A program made the position numbers and the translations under genes. Source: a virus (Duplodnaviria > Caudoviricetes). From it: a stretch of DNA of 50,406 nucleotides. Below, in pieces: positions 9,219-19,810 of the stretch. The stretch covers positions 1-50,406 of the IMG/VR virus record IMGVR_UViG_3300044477_000062, one strand, 5' to 3'. Position 1 is the first letter of the stretch, and each line of letters opens with the position of its first letter. The notes under the pieces were generated by a model, which did not search any database, had not been told where the DNA came from, and saw only the letters and a program-made list of their open reading frames with translations.

Positions 9219-9830
9219 ATGAGATTCTTCATTGTATCAATAATTCTATTATTTGCAAATTGTGTTTTCAAAATATCTTACGAAACCACATTTCAAATGA
9301 ATTTGCCAAGCTGTGAAAAAATAATTGACGGTGAATATATTAATGACAATATTGCAAATAAAAACTTTGATTACGTTGATAATATTATATGCTTAAAAAC
9401 AAAAATCGATGGTAGTGGATTTCGAATCGAGATTGTAAATAACTCAAAAGAAAATCTAAAAATTCAATGGGATGATGCTGTTTATATTGATTATAATAAT
9501 AGGTCCCACACTGTGGCAAAAGGAGGATTAAAAGAAATAACTAAAGATCTTTATCACGCACCGTCAATTATTGCCAGAGGATCAAGGATAAGTGAATTAA
9601 TTGTTCAAACTGATTATGTTATTCCTTTAATGAACAAATGCCCTGATGAAAAATTTGACGAAGCATATAATTGTGCCAAATTACAAATAGGTCAATCGTG
9701 TTCTCTTGTAATCCCTGTTGTTTTTGGTGAAACTAAAGTAGAATATAAGGTTATTTACAGATTGACAGGGGCATACATAACAAAGTTTTTCGAGACCAAG
9801 GCAATTGAAAGAACTCAGGTAACACCATGA
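9219..9830 (+). CDS. Putative lipoprotein (lysogeny-expressed moron candidate)
   Basis: Hydrophobic N-terminus ending LFANC; AT-rich; co-oriented with the repressor. Confidence 0.65.
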   Translation: MRFFIVSIILLFANCVFKISYETTFQMNLPSCEKIIDGEYINDNIANKNFDYVDNIICLKTKIDGSGFRIEIVNNSKENLKIQWDDAVYIDYNNRSHTVAKGGLKEITKDLYHAPSIIARGSRISELIVQTDYVIPLMNKCPDEKFDEAYNCAKLQIGQSCSLVIPVVFGETKVEYKVIYRLTGAYITKFFETKAIERTQVTP

Positions 9831-10315
9831 AACACTACTTCATGAACTCGCACTTAGTATACATCGACATTGACATTGCCGAAAATTTCAAAATCGATGT
9901 AAACCTACTCTGGAAATATACTGTCGAGCACCGATCTGTATTTCTCCCTGATACAGTTTACACACTAAGTAATTTAGATGTAGGTTCAATCCAAATCGTA
10001 CAAAGCCGGGAATTTTACATCAAACCGATGTATACCTATACCATGAGCGCAATAATACTGCTCGCTGCTTATTGCGGTACCGAAGACAGTATAAAGCATA
10101 TCCACAAAGTTTTGAGTGTTTTAGAGGATACCGAAGCAGTATCAATGGCGCAAGTTTTAAAACAAATGGGGCAGGGCATTCAATCAAATAGTTGCAGTGA
10201 TCTGGTCCGGGATGTGATTCGTTATTATATGGTTGAGTTACTTAACGATATGGGTATTAAAAATAGAAGGAAGAAAATAAACCCGCCTCAAAATGAAACG
10301 GGTTTGACATTATAG
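9827..10315 (+). CDS. Divergent ORF6N-like DNA-binding domain protein
   Basis: VYIDIDIAE...F.PD..YTL...YTYT..I.LLA pattern parallels the ORF6N consensus. Confidence 0.55.
   Translation: MKHYFMNSHLVYIDIDIAENFKIDVNLLWKYTVEHRSVFLPDTVYTLSNLDVGSIQIVQSREFYIKPMYTYTMSAIILLAAYCGTEDSIKHIHKVLSVLEDTEAVSMAQVLKQMGQGIQSNSCSDLVRDVIRYYMVELLNDMGIKNRRKKINPPQNETGLTL
10279..10305. terminator. Hairpin at convergent gene ends
   Basis: AAACCCG...CGGGTTT inverted repeat at the junction of plus and minus operons. Confidence 0.5.
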
Positions 10316-10669
10316 CAAATTTCGAAGTGTCTCAGCCTGTTTTTTCATTCCGACTTTTTCGATAATATCAGCAATGGAATCAAATGCTTCGTGACCCTCG
10401 GTTTTTACAACTTTCAAATCAGCCGACTCGGCTTGCTTACTGATGTATTTTTTAAGTTCAATAGCGAACTCAGATATCTCTTTAATGGCATTCCTAAATT
10501 TAAGGATATACCCAATACTTCCAAGTAGCCCAGTACCAGTTATGCCAAGTACCCACTTCATGATATTTGGCTGATTTAAAACCTCATTTGTTCCAGCAAA
10601 AACAAGTGTCGGAACAAGCATGAGTCCAAGTGAAAACACAAATAAAACTCTCAATACAATTCGTTTCAT
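10310..10669 (-). CDS. Holin-like membrane protein
   Basis: Two hydrophobic segments and a charged C-terminus; end of the tail operon. Confidence 0.5.
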   Translation of the reverse strand: MKRIVLRVLFVFSLGLMLVPTLVFAGTNEVLNQPNIMKWVLGITGTGLLGSIGYILKFRNAIKEISEFAIELKKYISKQAESADLKVVKTEGHEAFDSIADIIEKVGMKKQAETLRNLL

Positions 10670-10971
10670 GATGCATTCCTTTTTGAAATTTTACCCTCAA
10701 TTGTGGCAACTTTTATGTTAACGGAATCAATTTTTTCATGTAGCTTTACATCTTCCAATTCTCTTTTATTAGATTCGGTTAGTACCTTTTCGATTACAAG
10801 ATCAACCTCCTTTTTAATTTCATCTTGTATAGACTCGTGAAGCTCTTTACAATCAGATATTTTTACATAACACGATTTACCTTTACCTATTTGGTAAGCA
10901 GTGTAAGCTACTCCAAGTACTCCACCTATCGCACAGGCAAGGTTAATTGTATCTGTAAAAATATCAGTCAT
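10666..10971 (-). CDS. Single-TM coiled-coil protein (holin/antiholin-like)
   Basis: N-terminal TM followed by coiled coil; lysis-cassette position. Confidence 0.5.
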   Translation of the reverse strand: MTDIFTDTINLACAIGGVLGVAYTAYQIGKGKSCYVKISDCKELHESIQDEIKKEVDLVIEKVLTESNKRELEDVKLHEKIDSVNIKVATIEGKISKRNAS

Positions 10972-10973
10972 TT

Positions 10974-11183
10974 TTATTTGCCTTGTTTAGCTGTTTCTAT
11001 TTTTGATTTGAGCTTTTCAACTTCCTGCTTTATCGATTCAATATCTTTACGCAATGCGATATTTTCACGTAGCAAATTAGAGATTAAATCATCTTTTCGA
11101 CCAAGAATTTTAACAATGTTCCCAGTGTCGGCAGAGTGCATTGATTCTATCTGTTCGATTGTGACCTGATTCTGATTAACCAT
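10974..11183 (-). CDS. Small coiled-coil hypothetical protein
   Basis: AAGGAG RBS; heptad pattern. Confidence 0.55.
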   Translation of the reverse strand: MVNQNQVTIEQIESMHSADTGNIVKILGRKDDLISNLLRENIALRKDIESIKQEVEKLKSKIETAKQGK

Positions 11184-11220
11184 TTTGACTACTCCTTGTG
11201 TAAATTAAAAATAAAGTGAA

Positions 11221-11481
11221 TTATCTTCTGAGCAATTTAACAATGTCTGGTTTAATATTCTCTCCAAACATTTTAATTACAGGTGCAACATCCAGCCTTG
11301 TCATTTCCTCATCTGTCATCAAATCCATTAGGCGTTTACAAGAGTTTTTAATTCTTGTTCTGACAAGATCAACTTCAGTTAAAACATCGGAACGGGAAAC
11401 AACAGTACCCATTGTTTGAGTGGTCTCCATCGCTCTTACAATTGAGTTCATTGTGTTGATGTCTTCATAAATTCTTTGCAT
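11221..11481 (-). CDS. Hypothetical protein after the tail fibre (possible fibre chaperone)
   Basis: AAAAGGAG RBS; position. Confidence 0.55.
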   Translation of the reverse strand: MQRIYEDINTMNSIVRAMETTQTMGTVVSRSDVLTEVDLVRTRIKNSCKRLMDLMTDEEMTRLDVAPVIKMFGENIKPDIVKLLRR

Positions 11482-11502
11482 ATACGCTCCTTTTATTAGT
11501 TT

Positions 11503-14500
11503 TCATACTAACCTCGTAGCTATTACCGAAACTCCAGATAAATAAACTGTAGTAACGAATTGAGAACCTGATCCTGATTTAGAAGTAACCAATTGTACTT
11601 GACTACCAATGTCTAGATCCATTACACACTCACATGACAAATGTTTTGAGTTATCCTGAGTTAAACCTGCATAACAAGATGTCTCCGCATAAACCTGCCA
11701 CGCTTGCCCAGAATCCTGACGCATTTGTAAATTAACATAAATCAACTGAGGGTAAGCATAATCAGTAGCAACATTTGTATTAAACCTAACAGAGTACTTA
11801 CCAGCTCTGGTACACGTCATAACTCCATTAGAAATAGTAAAAGCAGTATTACCATAATCACTATCAGGTACAGCTGTATAAGATACCCCTATACTTGGCA
11901 CACTAACTCCTAAAGTGTAATCAAACATGGACCCGTAGGAAGGGGAAGAGGTCTTAAACCCATCGGAACCTACAGTTGCAGTATTACTACCACAAACAAG
12001 TTGTAACGGTATAGAGGCCAGCCCAGTTATTCTATTCGACCCAGAACCATAATCAAATCTGACTCCGCTTGATCCGTCTGGAGTAATTACAGTTGCACCC
12101 GATGAACCGATTACAAACCTATCAACATTAGTAGAGGGAGCCTGATGATTGATTACAAAACGATAACCACTAGAAGCAGTATCAGAGTAAATTGTCCATT
12201 GGCCATTTTGGGTACCATTATAGCTATTAGCACAACCCAAAGCAACTAAACTGTATCCTGCTGTTGACCTACCAATTCGTAAACCATCACTATAATTTGA
12301 TGATGAAACCGCTGAGGGGTCAATAAATGTTGTCCCATTATAATTATAGATGGATGAGTTTACAAGTGATGATCCACCATTAGAGACAGGGATATATTGA
12401 GCATTTAATGATAATATTGGTTGAAAACTTGATGAATGGTATCCATCAAGAGTATCTGCATTATCTGCAACTCTTGCTGAATCAACCCTAACACCATAAG
12501 TACTTGCACCATTCCATCCCATTAAAGTCGGAAATGTGGCAGACCATGCATATTGAGAATTGGTATTGTTTATTACAACCCCATTTGGGCTAATCCCATT
12601 TGATGCATCAAAAATTGTATGATTATTACCATAGTTTTTCCATGCAAGATTTCCTACCACTGCACCTATTGAATTTAAAGAATTCCAATTTGTTATATTT
12701 CCTAAATGAAATCCATCTACTGTATCAGCAGTTCCCGCAGTTGTTGCGTAATCTGCATGACCAACAGATACTTCTGGATCACTATAATTACATGTTAATC
12801 TCCATTTGTAATCACCATTGATAGGTGTCCAATTGGCTCGAATATAATAAGTGCCCTCATATCCTTCAGCTTCAAGTCTATTATGATTATGTGCACTCTG
12901 TGTACCTACAAGGTTTCCTTGATGCCATATTGCATATTCAGTTGCAGAAGTAATAGATCTAATATTTAATACTGGTATGTAAGAAGCATTGAGACCTCTA
13001 AATATCAACGTCATTGCATCAATACCTGAACGATGAAAACCTATCGATGGATATCTTGTTGGGTATGTTATCGCATCAGACATTATTTCAAGGTTGGAAG
13101 TATTGTATTGAGTATCTGATGGCGACCATAATATTATATTACGATTCCAGTGCGTGGTATTTCCATCAGCAGCAATCCGCATTTTGTCAACATTTTGTAT
13201 ATAAAATCTATGTGAACCGTTAACAGATCCCCAAGTATGATATTGAACATCCGCATCATTACCAATGCCAAATCCATAATACTCAGAACCACTATTATAT
13301 AATATCACTTTACATGATGACGCTAATTTGTTAGGTGAATAAGTTAATCCTAAATTTAAATTAAACGGTGTTGCGGTCCCTGTTGGAGTTGATACTCCAC
13401 CATCAAGTAAAAGTGTTGAGCCAGTCAAAGACATTTTCTGTCTAAATGCTAAAATTGATCCTGCTGTTACGCTTGGAGCTATATACCACCGTATGGAATC
13501 GTAACCCATTTCTTGATGAATTGAACCACCAGTAAATCTTGCAATGTATTGATCTGATGCATTCAAAAAACAATTAGTTTGTAAATAACCGTATCCGCTT
13601 GCAGTTGGACTAAAAAGAGATAACCCATTACCAACCTGTAAAACCTTATAATATGTATTCCACGCTTCATCTGTTGTAAAGCCGATACGTAACCCAGATG
13701 CATTTAACCTCATTCGTTCAGTAGGAGTAAATACAGTACCCGCAGTTAAGCCAGTGTTCGAATACCAAACATGGCCACTGCCATCCTGTTCGTAGCTGCT
13801 ACTAGACCCAGAGACCATCGGATAGTTACCAGCTCCACTGTGGTACCTATTATTTGATAAAAAAACCCCATAACCATCAACTGTACTGTAGTTCGCCCAC
13901 AAAGACATATTCCCTATCTCAAATGCTGAGAAGTTTGTGCCCCAGACATTGGGAGCTTTTCTGATACCTATCGAGTTGCTACCATATTGTAAAACAGTGT
14001 CAACAAGGTTAGTACCATTAAAATAAGGAACACGACTAGTAGTTAAGCCACTCCAAATAGCTGCCCGAACCGCATCGTTAAATAAAAACCACTGTCTATC
14101 ACCTCGTAAAGCGTAAGAGCTCGAACTTGAGCCCAGAACGGGCTCATAGACTCCGCTGTGGTTGTGGGTCGTTGCAGACTTGCCGTCGAGAGCTGTTTGT
14201 AAACCAGTAACAGTACTAATTGCTTGAGAGCCTGTGTGGTTACCCCTGCTTCTATCTGATGCATGGTAGTGTAATGCTGTGTCTCCAGTATCAGTTAAAT
14301 CAGTTGCGTGTGTAGCTGATAGGTGTGTATAATTTGCACTATTTAAATTTGACAGTACAGCATGATCATGGTTATGTGAACTATCACTTTTACTATCTAA
14401 TGCGGTTTGCAGACCGGTAATAGTGCTAATGGCCTGAGAGTGAGCTACTGGTGTTCTTGCATCAGATAACCTACTATCATTGCCTTGACAAACTGTATTC

Positions 14501-16266
14501 GCAGCTGCACCAAATCCATATTTTGTAAATGTGTCTGTTCCGGTTTGGTAAACAAATCCAGCTGATGTGTTTAATCCGGCCAGAGCTGTGAGCGTAGCAT
14601 CAAGACCTTGTTTGTTGTCAAGTGTAGTTTGAAGATTCGTAATAGTGCTAATTGCTTGGCTGTGCGAAATATTTGCATACAAATCAGATAGTACAACTGC
14701 ACCAGTTCGACCATCAACCGAAACAACTGAGGCCGTCGGGGTAAGTAGCTCTTGCCAATCTCCAAGCGTCGCAGGATTTGTCCCGCGCAAAATAAATGAC
14801 TTACTTAAATCAGTCCGAACTGCAACATCTCCAGTTTGAGCAGTTAAGGCAAGCATCGCACTTTGTGAAGCAACAACAAAAGTATCAGTGATCGCTATTG
14901 CTGGCAAATCACTACTTTGTAAAGTTCGAGCTGTCCAAGTTGATCCATTGTAAAAAATAGCCTGTCCGGATGATGGTGTAAGTGCTGCGATCGAGGTCAA
15001 ATCAGAATCGACAGGCTGCTTTCCATCAATTGCAGTCTGAAGCCCTGTAATAGTGCTTATTGCCTGTGATCCGGTGTGATTAGCCCTATCTCTATCGGAA
15101 CTGTGATAGTGTAAAGACGTATCACCCAAATCAGTCAAGTCGAGTGTTTGTGTTTGAGTTAAGTGATAATAACTTGCACTGTTTAAATTTGTGAGTAGTG
15201 TGTGATCTGATGCAACCGTTGAAGATCCTAATGATGAATCAACTCTGTGATCAATCGCCGCCTCGTATGGTGTTGCATCATTTCTCATTATAACAGTGTA
15301 AAGGTGTCGAAATTCTTTGTACGGCAAACTTCCAAGTGAGAGGCTACTAAAAGAACTATTTGCCAAAGCGTCTGCATAAGTCGTGTCTGTACGCTGACCC
15401 ATAATAGATATTATCGGGCTGCCGATGTCGTTTGTGGCAAGGATGTAATATGCTGCGTACTGGTTTGCAGGAACAGGAGTAACAGTGCCCGCGTTATCAT
15501 AGTAAATATTTCCACCACTACTATAGAAATATGCGTTTTGTAAATCAGTCCAGAAGAATGAGCTTCCACTTCTGTAAAATACTGCGCATTGTGTTTTTTG
15601 GGTGATTGAATGCTTTATATCTTCGTCATAAAAAATACCGTCGGTAATTGTAAATGTGGAATTTCCAAACGTCCCAGTAAAACCAGATCCGTATTTTGCG
15701 CCAACTGAATTGTGGAGATAGTCGTGTGTTGCTGCATCCATAACACAACCATGTCGTTCATCCATTACGCGCCAGCTTGTGCCATTATAATACAGCATGG
15801 CTACCGGAGCAATTCCGGAAAGAATATCCCACATTGAAGTGCTTTCCTGAAGCTCTCCAGATGAATTATAATAAACAACGTGCAGTCCGGCTGCATTGCT
15901 AAGAGTTACTGCGCTTGACTCAATATTAAATTGTGTGCCTGAAAGATACAGTTTAAAAGTACCAGAAACAGCGCTTATTGTAAATAGTCTTGTTGACGAA
16001 TTAAACGAAATCGAACTACTTGATCTGTCAACAAATCCAGTATATTCAAATGTGGCTATATTGTAATCAGAAACAACATCTCTAAGTCGCGCATTTCCAT
16101 CAAAATTGATATAATAATCATTTCCAGAAATAGGGATTCGTCTTGCACTGGTTAAGCCAAGACTCGATCCTGGAATAGAAATATTTTTACTTCGATCAGT
16201 ATTCAATCTTGACTCTATATCAATGAGTCGCCGCTTTACATCAAGAAGAACGTCTTCAAGCTTCAT
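11503..16266 (-). CDS. Long tail fibre / receptor-binding protein
   Basis: Follows Dit and Tal; SQAISTITGLQTALDGK-type fibre repeats; ERMRL/DKMRI beta repeats; C1q/TNF-like GVMTCTRAGKY at the C-terminus. Confidence 0.85.
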   Translation of the reverse strand: MKLEDVLLDVKRRLIDIESRLNTDRSKNISIPGSSLGLTSARRIPISGNDYYINFDGNARLRDVVSDYNIATFEYTGFVDRSSSSISFNSSTRLFTISAVSGTFKLYLSGTQFNIESSAVTLSNAAGLHVVYYNSSGELQESTSMWDILSGIAPVAMLYYNGTSWRVMDERHGCVMDAATHDYLHNSVGAKYGSGFTGTFGNSTFTITDGIFYDEDIKHSITQKTQCAVFYRSGSSFFWTDLQNAYFYSSGGNIYYDNAGTVTPVPANQYAAYYILATNDIGSPIISIMGQRTDTTYADALANSSFSSLSLGSLPYKEFRHLYTVIMRNDATPYEAAIDHRVDSSLGSSTVASDHTLLTNLNSASYYHLTQTQTLDLTDLGDTSLHYHSSDRDRANHTGSQAISTITGLQTAIDGKQPVDSDLTSIAALTPSSGQAIFYNGSTWTARTLQSSDLPAIAITDTFVVASQSAMLALTAQTGDVAVRTDLSKSFILRGTNPATLGDWQELLTPTASVVSVDGRTGAVVLSDLYANISHSQAISTITNLQTTLDNKQGLDATLTALAGLNTSAGFVYQTGTDTFTKYGFGAAANTVCQGNDSRLSDARTPVAHSQAISTITGLQTALDSKSDSSHNHDHAVLSNLNSANYTHLSATHATDLTDTGDTALHYHASDRSRGNHTGSQAISTVTGLQTALDGKSATTHNHSGVYEPVLGSSSSSYALRGDRQWFLFNDAVRAAIWSGLTTSRVPYFNGTNLVDTVLQYGSNSIGIRKAPNVWGTNFSAFEIGNMSLWANYSTVDGYGVFLSNNRYHSGAGNYPMVSGSSSSYEQDGSGHVWYSNTGLTAGTVFTPTERMRLNASGLRIGFTTDEAWNTYYKVLQVGNGLSLFSPTASGYGYLQTNCFLNASDQYIARFTGGSIHQEMGYDSIRWYIAPSVTAGSILAFRQKMSLTGSTLLLDGGVSTPTGTATPFNLNLGLTYSPNKLASSCKVILYNSGSEYYGFGIGNDADVQYHTWGSVNGSHRFYIQNVDKMRIAADGNTTHWNRNIILWSPSDTQYNTSNLEIMSDAITYPTRYPSIGFHRSGIDAMTLIFRGLNASYIPVLNIRSITSATEYAIWHQGNLVGTQSAHNHNRLEAEGYEGTYYIRANWTPINGDYKWRLTCNYSDPEVSVGHADYATTAGTADTVDGFHLGNITNWNSLNSIGAVVGNLAWKNYGNNHTIFDASNGISPNGVVINNTNSQYAWSATFPTLMGWNGASTYGVRVDSARVADNADTLDGYHSSSFQPILSLNAQYIPVSNGGSSLVNSSIYNYNGTTFIDPSAVSSSNYSDGLRIGRSTAGYSLVALGCANSYNGTQNGQWTIYSDTASSGYRFVINHQAPSTNVDRFVIGSSGATVITPDGSSGVRFDYGSGSNRITGLASIPLQLVCGSNTATVGSDGFKTSSPSYGSMFDYTLGVSVPSIGVSYTAVPDSDYGNTAFTISNGVMTCTRAGKYSVRFNTNVATDYAYPQLIYVNLQMRQDSGQAWQVYAETSCYAGLTQDNSKHLSCECVMDLDIGSQVQLVTSKSGSGSQFVTTVYLSGVSVIATRLV

Positions 16267-18050
16267 GTTGCACTCGTTGTTATAGCGTGTTCTGTCAATT
16301 CAGGTTTGAATATGTTGTAATTTAACTGAGTAATTCGAGCCGGTACCTCATTGGCTCCAATATTTTCGTCTGTTATTAAAACAGTGTCGCCAAGATCGAT
16401 TTTTTCAAACGGGTAATCACTCGGCGAGATCCGATTTAAATCAACGAAATTTGCCGTGTATTCGACTCTGGGAAGTTTGGTAGTCATTAGTCTGTCGTAA
16501 GTTTCAAACCACAAATCAAGCTGCTCTGAGCCCTTTACAAACTTGCGATCCTCATATCCTGCACCATCAGTAGTTGGAATGGTGGGAGAGACTTGCATTG
16601 CATCCAGATAAAATTCTGTTGCCGTTGCTCCGTTTTGCAGAATTGAGATTGTGATTGATGTAGTCGATGCGAGAAAGTTGATTGATAACATTTGCCATCC
16701 AGTACCGCTACTTACAATTGCACTTTCCCACGTACTCGAACCCATAGCAAACCTGACCCGAACTGAGCCGGATGCAACGTAGCAAAAAATCTTTACAATA
16801 TAGTACTGGTTGAGCACTAACGATGTAGCTTGATAAATTCCTTGTCCGTCAACAGTACATTGAACTCGCTGTGAAGCAGACCCGTATTTTATATAGTCGT
16901 TGTTAGTATTGCGCGATACGGTAGGGCTTCCGGACAATGTAAAATCCTGACATAAACCAGCAGAATAAACGCCATCTAACGTAGATGTTTTTACTAAGTT
17001 AATCGTATCAGAATATTTGGAATTTTTATACACGTCCGTCAGCATCCCGTAGGACGAAACAGAGCTTGGGGCTTCTATATAATTTACATACGAATTATCA
17101 CTTTTGCAAATAGAAATTGTGTCACCTGCAGAAAGGCTTGAAATTGTCCCGGAAACCGTTACAGAATCATAACTGATACCTTTTGAGCAATCGGTAATCG
17201 TAAAGAATGATCCTGCAAGTACTCCGGATTCGATTTTGATTCTAAGCGCGTTTAGAGCGTCGTTTTCCGATAGTAATTTATTGTGATCCACTGATACCAC
17301 TTGACCCAATACGGATTGAATGCGATGCCTTGCGCCTGCAATGGAAACAGGGTGATCACCCCCACCTATACCATAGATTTTGTTGATCACATTATCATTG
17401 TACGAAACCATTTTGATTGATTTCAGGTTTTTTCCTTCCCGGATGTGAATGTATTTCGTAGTTGATCCCAGTGCGGAATAGAAATTAATCGTATTGGTTG
17501 ATTCGTCGATGTCATATTCGAGTTTGGTTGCGTCAATCACTTTCTGGAATCCGCTTAGAACAGTTTCCCAAGATAGTTTTAGTGACACCGGAGCTGTAGT
17601 AGGGCAGGTACCCAAAGTATAAACAGATGAAAATGAAAAAATCCGGGCCAAAATAACACTGGCCTGTTCTCCTGAAAAATCATGAACGCCCGTAATTACT
17701 TCGGTTTTCATCTGCATTTGTGAATAATGCACCCCGTCAACAGTGAGGACAATTGAACCGTTTCCGGATTTTTGCAGCTGTGGTTTACTCAATAAAAATG
17801 TTTGATACACGATTGATTCAGCATCAACCACTCGCGCCCGGACCCGACGCAAATTAAAATATTGCATTTTGTCGTTTTGTGGATTGACTGGATACATGAT
17901 ATTGATTGACCATTCACCATTAATCACACGACGAATATTGGCATTGCATTCCTCTTGCGATAACCTGGCAACGCGGACATTTGAGCTGTTTAAAAGATCG
18001 ATGTAGACCATTATAAAAACCTCGCTCTGTAAGATATCCAGCATGCACAA
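16263..18050 (-). CDS. Tail hub/spike protein (Tal, prophage tail endopeptidase-like) with CBM-like insert; likely start 18011
   Basis: INGEWS, IREGKNLKSI, IDLGDTV...D motifs; position after Dit. Confidence 0.75.
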   Translation of the reverse strand: MCMLDILQSEVFIMVYIDLLNSSNVRVARLSQEECNANIRRVINGEWSINIMYPVNPQNDKMQYFNLRRVRARVVDAESIVYQTFLLSKPQLQKSGNGSIVLTVDGVHYSQMQMKTEVITGVHDFSGEQASVILARIFSFSSVYTLGTCPTTAPVSLKLSWETVLSGFQKVIDATKLEYDIDESTNTINFYSALGSTTKYIHIREGKNLKSIKMVSYNDNVINKIYGIGGGDHPVSIAGARHRIQSVLGQVVSVDHNKLLSENDALNALRIKIESGVLAGSFFTITDCSKGISYDSVTVSGTISSLSAGDTISICKSDNSYVNYIEAPSSVSSYGMLTDVYKNSKYSDTINLVKTSTLDGVYSAGLCQDFTLSGSPTVSRNTNNDYIKYGSASQRVQCTVDGQGIYQATSLVLNQYYIVKIFCYVASGSVRVRFAMGSSTWESAIVSSGTGWQMLSINFLASTTSITISILQNGATATEFYLDAMQVSPTIPTTDGAGYEDRKFVKGSEQLDLWFETYDRLMTTKLPRVEYTANFVDLNRISPSDYPFEKIDLGDTVLITDENIGANEVPARITQLNYNIFKPELTEHAITTSAT

Positions 18051-19810
18051 GTGCCGGTTGATGCAGATTCTGGATTTGCTGCACCAGTTCGAGCGTCGCG
18101 CAAGCGCAAATAGTTTATCCCTGGCGATAATTCGAGCCTGTCTCCAGAAAATCCACTCATGCCATTTGCGACTGATTCGGTACCGAGGTTTGACGCATCA
18201 ACAGTCAAATTTTCATTGTTGATCGTCAATTCGCTTCCTTCATAAAACGATCCTGTATAGGCCTGCTTGCGTTTATTTGGTGGAATGTATTCTGTTAAGA
18301 ACGATTCTGAGGGTGAAGATTCTTCGTAGATCATTATGTTTTTAAAGAAAAGTTTACACTCTGATCTGACGCACCTTAATTCAAAGAACATTCTTGTTTT
18401 AGATTGAGGTGCTTGAATTCTAAACCAAACCGGCTGCCACACCATAGTTTCTGTTGATATATCGGTTGAATCTTCAACTGATTCACCCAGCTCATTCTCA
18501 AAGTTGACATAACAACTCAATCCTGATGGGCTTCCAATAGAAACATATCTGCGTGTGATAGCTTCGAAAGAGACCCTGTAATATTTCCCGGGAATGACAT
18601 CGACTTTTGCAGAGTTATATACCTTTGTTGTATTGTCAGCGCTTTGCAAAATAAATACTTTTGAACTGCCTATAGGATCATTTATTGCAGCAACAAATTC
18701 ATTTGCATTCGGTTCTTCTGTGTTATTATAAGGATAAATATTTCTTCCATTGTAAAGTTCTATTTGTGGATTTACAAAAAGAGTGGAATTTATTTTGTAA
18801 GGAGGTGCAACAAAATCGGTTAAATCTCCATCAGTATCACACGCTTGTAATTCGTAGCAAAAAGCTCCGTCTATAGAAAAGCTTGTTTGTGATCCGTCAT
18901 TCCAAAGCTGCATTCTAATACTTGTTACACCACTAAGCATTGCGCTAGTGACAACTAGTTCTGTTCTACCTGTATTTCCTTCAAGTGTTGGTTCAGCCTG
19001 GTAAAACAAATCGTCCAAAAATATATTCAAAATGCCAAGACCATTAATACAGTACGATGAAAACACGTAATTTTTACTTGTGTCAATAAGTGATGTTACG
19101 TCAATCTCGGCATAGTATTCACCGGCTGAACTTCTTGACACTTGCACAGAGTTTGTTCCGTATAGCCTATCTGTGCTATTGTTTGATCCTGTGGCATTGT
19201 AATATGTCCAAGCTAAATAATTTTCAGATGAAATTAAGCCCGTTACAATATCAAGTAAATTAACTTCCTCAGTCGGTGATATATTCAGGTTGATCGGTGT
19301 TTTAATTGATCCGGGATAGTCAATTCTTAAGCTAGTGTTATTTGACAACCTTTTGTATGTTCGAGTCAATTGAGTTGCTTCAGCATAAGGCTTTGCAAGT
19401 TTGAACGATAGTGTAAAATTAGCAGTGCGTCCATAGTTTTTCAACGTTTTTAATTTAGGTGAAAAACCATCAAATCGACAAGTCCAGTATCGATCAGATT
19501 GATCTGAAAAAATAACTTTAAACGTTTCGCCGCGCTCTCTCAATCTAAAAAGCGCATTGAGCGAATCAATATAACCCATAAGTAAACTATGCGAATCCGC
19601 AGTAATATCACCCTGGATCGTCATAGTTCTGGCTCCATAGTTTTTTGTAAAGTCAAGCACTCCATCCCGGCCAAGAATGCTCACCGATGATTCAATTGCA
19701 GGTGGAAGCGGATTGTCTACACTGGTGATAGTTACGCCGTATGTATGTAAATCAACTCCGTCAACAGTAATTGTTGTCGGAGCGCCGTTTAATGCCCTTG
19801 GTGCCGCCAT
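18011..19810 (-). CDS. Distal tail protein (evolved Dit with carbohydrate-binding-like insertions)
   Basis: GRDG...YGARTMTI, FSDQSDRYW, PYAE N-terminal and LSPGINYL C-terminal Dit motifs; directly after TMP. Confidence 0.8.
   Translation of the reverse strand: MAAPRALNGAPTTITVDGVDLHTYGVTITSVDNPLPPAIESSVSILGRDGVLDFTKNYGARTMTIQGDITADSHSLLMGYIDSLNALFRLRERGETFKVIFSDQSDRYWTCRFDGFSPKLKTLKNYGRTANFTLSFKLAKPYAEATQLTRTYKRLSNNTSLRIDYPGSIKTPINLNISPTEEVNLLDIVTGLISSENYLAWTYYNATGSNNSTDRLYGTNSVQVSRSSAGEYYAEIDVTSLIDTSKNYVFSSYCINGLGILNIFLDDLFYQAEPTLEGNTGRTELVVTSAMLSGVTSIRMQLWNDGSQTSFSIDGAFCYELQACDTDGDLTDFVAPPYKINSTLFVNPQIELYNGRNIYPYNNTEEPNANEFVAAINDPIGSSKVFILQSADNTTKVYNSAKVDVIPGKYYRVSFEAITRRYVSIGSPSGLSCYVNFENELGESVEDSTDISTETMVWQPVWFRIQAPQSKTRMFFELRCVRSECKLFFKNIMIYEESSPSESFLTEYIPPNKRKQAYTGSFYEGSELTINNENLTVDASNLGTESVANGMSGFSGDRLELSPGINYLRLRDARTGAANPESASTGTCACWISYRARFL

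Noticed and set aside
11503-16266. Diversity-generating retroelement or invertible tail fibre system
   Set aside because: No reverse transcriptase, invertase or template/variable repeat pair seen in the window
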